This document shows, piece after piece, positions 47,335-49,486 of a stretch of 49,486 bases of DNA; the first letter of the stretch is position 1; each line of letters opens with the position of its first letter. A model generated the notes under the pieces. The model was given only the letters and a program-made list of their open reading frames with translations. It ran no database searches and had not been told where the DNA came from. The stretch spans positions 1-49,486 of the forward strand of contig CAZEPF010000002.1 in the NCBI GenBank assembly GCA_964514045.1. The letters are read 5' to 3'. The stretch is from an uncultured Rhizobiaceae bacterium. GTDB lineage: Bacteria; Pseudomonadota; Alphaproteobacteria; Rhizobiales; Rhizobiaceae. A program made the position numbers and the translations under genes.

Positions 47335-48738
47335 TTAGCTCCAGTCGCGAACATCCACAAAATGACCTGCGATTGCAGCCGCTCCTGCCATTGCGGGTGA
47401 CACAAGATGTGTCCGACCCTTAAAGCCCTGACGGCCTTCAAAGTTCCGGTTGGAAGTTGAGGCGCAACGCTCTTCCGGCTTAAGACGATCATCATTCATC
47501 GCAAGACACATGGAGCAGCCTGGCTCACGCCAGTCAAAACCTGCCTCAATGAAAATTTTGTCCAAACCTTCTGCTTCTGCCTGTTCTTTTACAAGACCAG
47601 AACCTGGCACAATCATTGCGTCTACGTGGTCGGCAACCTTTTTGCCTTCAACGGTTTCAGCAACGGCACGAAGGTCTTCAATACGGCCATTGGTACACGA
47701 GCCGATAAACACCCGATCAATCTTGATATCCGTGATGTTTGTTCCAGCGGTGAGGCCCATATAATCAAGCGCGCGTTGTTTTGAGGTGCGCTTGGTTTCG
47801 TCTTCGATATCGGCAGGGTCCGGCACGGTGCCTGTGACTGAAACAACGTCTTCTGGTGAAGAACCCCAAGAGACGATTGGCGGCAGATTGGCAGCGTCCA
47901 ATTCAATCACCTTATCAAAATGTGCGCCCTCGTCTGTGTAAAGGGTTTTCCAATATTCAAGCGCCATATCAAAGGCAGAGCCTTTGGGAGCCTTTGGCTT
48001 GTCTTTGATATATTCGAATGTTTTTTCATCCGGCGCGATTAGGCCTGCACGCGCACCACCTTCGATGGTCATGTTACAGACTGTCATGCGACCTTCCATA
48101 GAAAGGTCCCTGATGGCTTCACCAGCAAATTCTATCACATGGCCTGTGCCGCCCGCGGTTCCAATCTCGCCAATGATCGCGAGGATAATGTCTTTGGCGG
48201 TCACACCCTGCGGGGCCTTACCATTGACCTTTACCAGCATGTTTTTTGCTTTCTTCTGGATCAGAGTTTGGGTTGCCAAAACATGTTCAACCTCGGACGT
48301 GCCGATGCCGTGGGCAAGTGCGCCAAATGCACCGTGAGTGGAGGTATGAGAATCACCACAGACGATGGTCATGCCTGGTAGTGTGAAACCCTGTTCCGGC
48401 CCGATAATGTGAACAATGCCCTGACGTTTGTCATGCTCTGAATAATACTCGATGCCAAACTCGGCAGCATTTTTGGCAAGTGCTTCAACCTGAATGCGGC
48501 TTTCCTCATTCTTGATGCCATCCACACGGTCTGCGGTTGTTGGTACGTTGTGGTCGACAACGGCCAGAGTTCTTTCAGGTTGGCGAACAGGGCGTCCTGC
48601 CATGCGTAAACCTTCAAAGGCTTGTGGACTTGTAACCTCATGCACCAAATGACGATCAATGTAGAGAATGGATGTGCCGTCAACTGTTGTTGAAACCAGA
48701 TGATCATCCCAGATTTTGTCGTAAAGCGTCTTGGCCAT
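47335..48738 (-). CDS. leuC: 3-isopropylmalate dehydratase large subunit
   Basis: The protein starts [15 protein letters not shown] at ATG 48738. The aconitase-family cluster ligand blocks CGDSHT, GSCTNGR and CSMCLAMN are present. Confidence 0.95.
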   Translation of the reverse strand: MAKTLYDKIWDDHLVSTTVDGTSILYIDRHLVHEVTSPQAFEGLRMAGRPVRQPERTLAVVDHNVPTTADRVDGIKNEESRIQVEALAKNAAEFGIEYYSEHDKRQGIVHIIGPEQGFTLPGMTIVCGDSHTSTHGAFGALAHGIGTSEVEHVLATQTLIQKKAKNMLVKVNGKAPQGVTAKDIILAIIGEIGTAGGTGHVIEFAGEAIRDLSMEGRMTVCNMTIEGGARAGLIAPDEKTFEYIKDKPKAPKGSAFDMALEYWKTLYTDEGAHFDKVIELDAANLPPIVSWGSSPEDVVSVTGTVPDPADIEDETKRTSKQRALDYMGLTAGTNITDIKIDRVFIGSCTNGRIEDLRAVAETVEGKKVADHVDAMIVPGSGLVKEQAEAEGLDKIFIEAGFDWREPGCSMCLAMNDDRLKPEERCASTSNRNFEGRQGFKGRTHLVSPAMAGAAAIAGHFVDVRDWS

Positions 48739-48859
48739 GTGTCTACCTATATAAATGCGCGGCAAATGCCGTCTGAATTTTTGGTTTTTGTAAGCTGCTG
48801 TTGTTAGGCGGTCAAGCTTGCAAAGTGATGCTTTGCTTATGGCGCAAGCATTTTGGCTG

Positions 48860-49486
48860 CTACCCGCTCACATTGCCCAGTGCTTTCCCAAGAATTTTGT
48901 CACGTCCATAGACATCACGGCGGAAATGTACGGAGCCATCCTTGTTTACCCAAGAGGTCATATAAGCGATGTGGACGGGTATTTTCTGATCAAGTTTAAC
49001 AACTGTGCGTTTTTTTGAGTCTTTAACAGCGTCAATTTTTGCCCGGCTCCATCCTTGTGACTTCAACAAGACTTCCGCCATATCAAATGGGTTGCGCAGG
49101 CGAAGACAGCCATGACTGAAATATCGCGATGAGCGGTCAAATTTAGATTTTGAGGGCGTGTCATGAATATAGACATTAAACGAGTTTGGGAACATGAACT
49201 TCACCCGTCCCAAGGCATTTTTCGTTCCGGGCTTTTGACGCAGGCGAACTGGAAAACTTGCCTTTGAATAATTGCTCCAAGGTACAGATGATGCAGGGAT
49301 AACCGATCCACCGCGCAATACTTCAAATCCTTGAGAGGTAAGTGCGTTCGCGTTTCGGCGAAGTTTTGGCAATAGCTCATTGACCGCAATGGATTTAGGC
49401 ACGTTCCAATAGGGGTTGATTTCGATATATTCCATTTCGTCGGTAAAGACAGGTGTGCGGTGATAGGGTAGGCCGACCTGTATGAG
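48860..49486 (-). CDS. L,D-transpeptidase (YkuD domain), C-terminal part; N-terminus lies beyond the window
   Basis: The frame is open to the window end ([30 protein letters not shown]). The catalytic block is HDTPSKSKF...[10 protein letters not shown]. Confidence 0.85.
   Translation of the reverse strand, partial: LIQVGLPYHRTPVFTDEMEYIEINPYWNVPKSIAVNELLPKLRRNANALTSQGFEVLRGGSVIPASSVPWSNYSKASFPVRLRQKPGTKNALGRVKFMFPNSFNVYIHDTPSKSKFDRSSRYFSHGCLRLRNPFDMAEVLLKSQGWSRAKIDAVKDSKKRTVVKLDQKIPVHIAYMTSWVNKDGSVHFRRDVYGRDKILGKALGNVSG

Overview
Densely coding chromosomal core region with alphaproteobacterial (Rhizobiales/Hyphomicrobiales-like) gene order. I support about 46 CDS. By eye I saw no rRNA, tRNA, CRISPR array, transposase or integrase. 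Left part (+ strand): ahcY 3' end, divL, tsaE/sugar-kinase fusion, murU-like gene, addB, addA, trxA. A long minus-strand block follows: folC, accD, trpA, trpB, trpF, SDR, queG, GST. Then come uppP, a TauE-family permease, an NDUFA9-like SDR and a dctPQM TRAP transporter. Next is a TCA/respiration supercluster: omp19-like, zapE, mdh, sucA, sucB, MAPEG, SDR, lpdA, qor and sdhCDAB. The right end holds a small secreted protein, an AEC permease, two uncharacterised membrane proteins, leuC and an L,D-transpeptidase fragment. No obvious defence or mobile island is present. The best candidates for uncharacterised biology are five. (1) A JmjC/cupin oxygenase plus ankyrin-repeat gene pair sits between qor and sdhB. 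(2) A translationally coupled pair encodes a 4-TM helical membrane protein and a membrane-anchored ClpP-fold peptidase-like protein. (3) A TAGGGTC...GACCCTAG palindromic repeat family has its TAG serving as the stop codon of four genes, and includes a ~268-bp MITE-like element splitting accD from folC. (4) sucCD is absent between mdh and sucA. (5) A TauE gene has a conserved first TM helix with no canonical start codon. All functional calls come from motif recognition by eye; no database search was possible.
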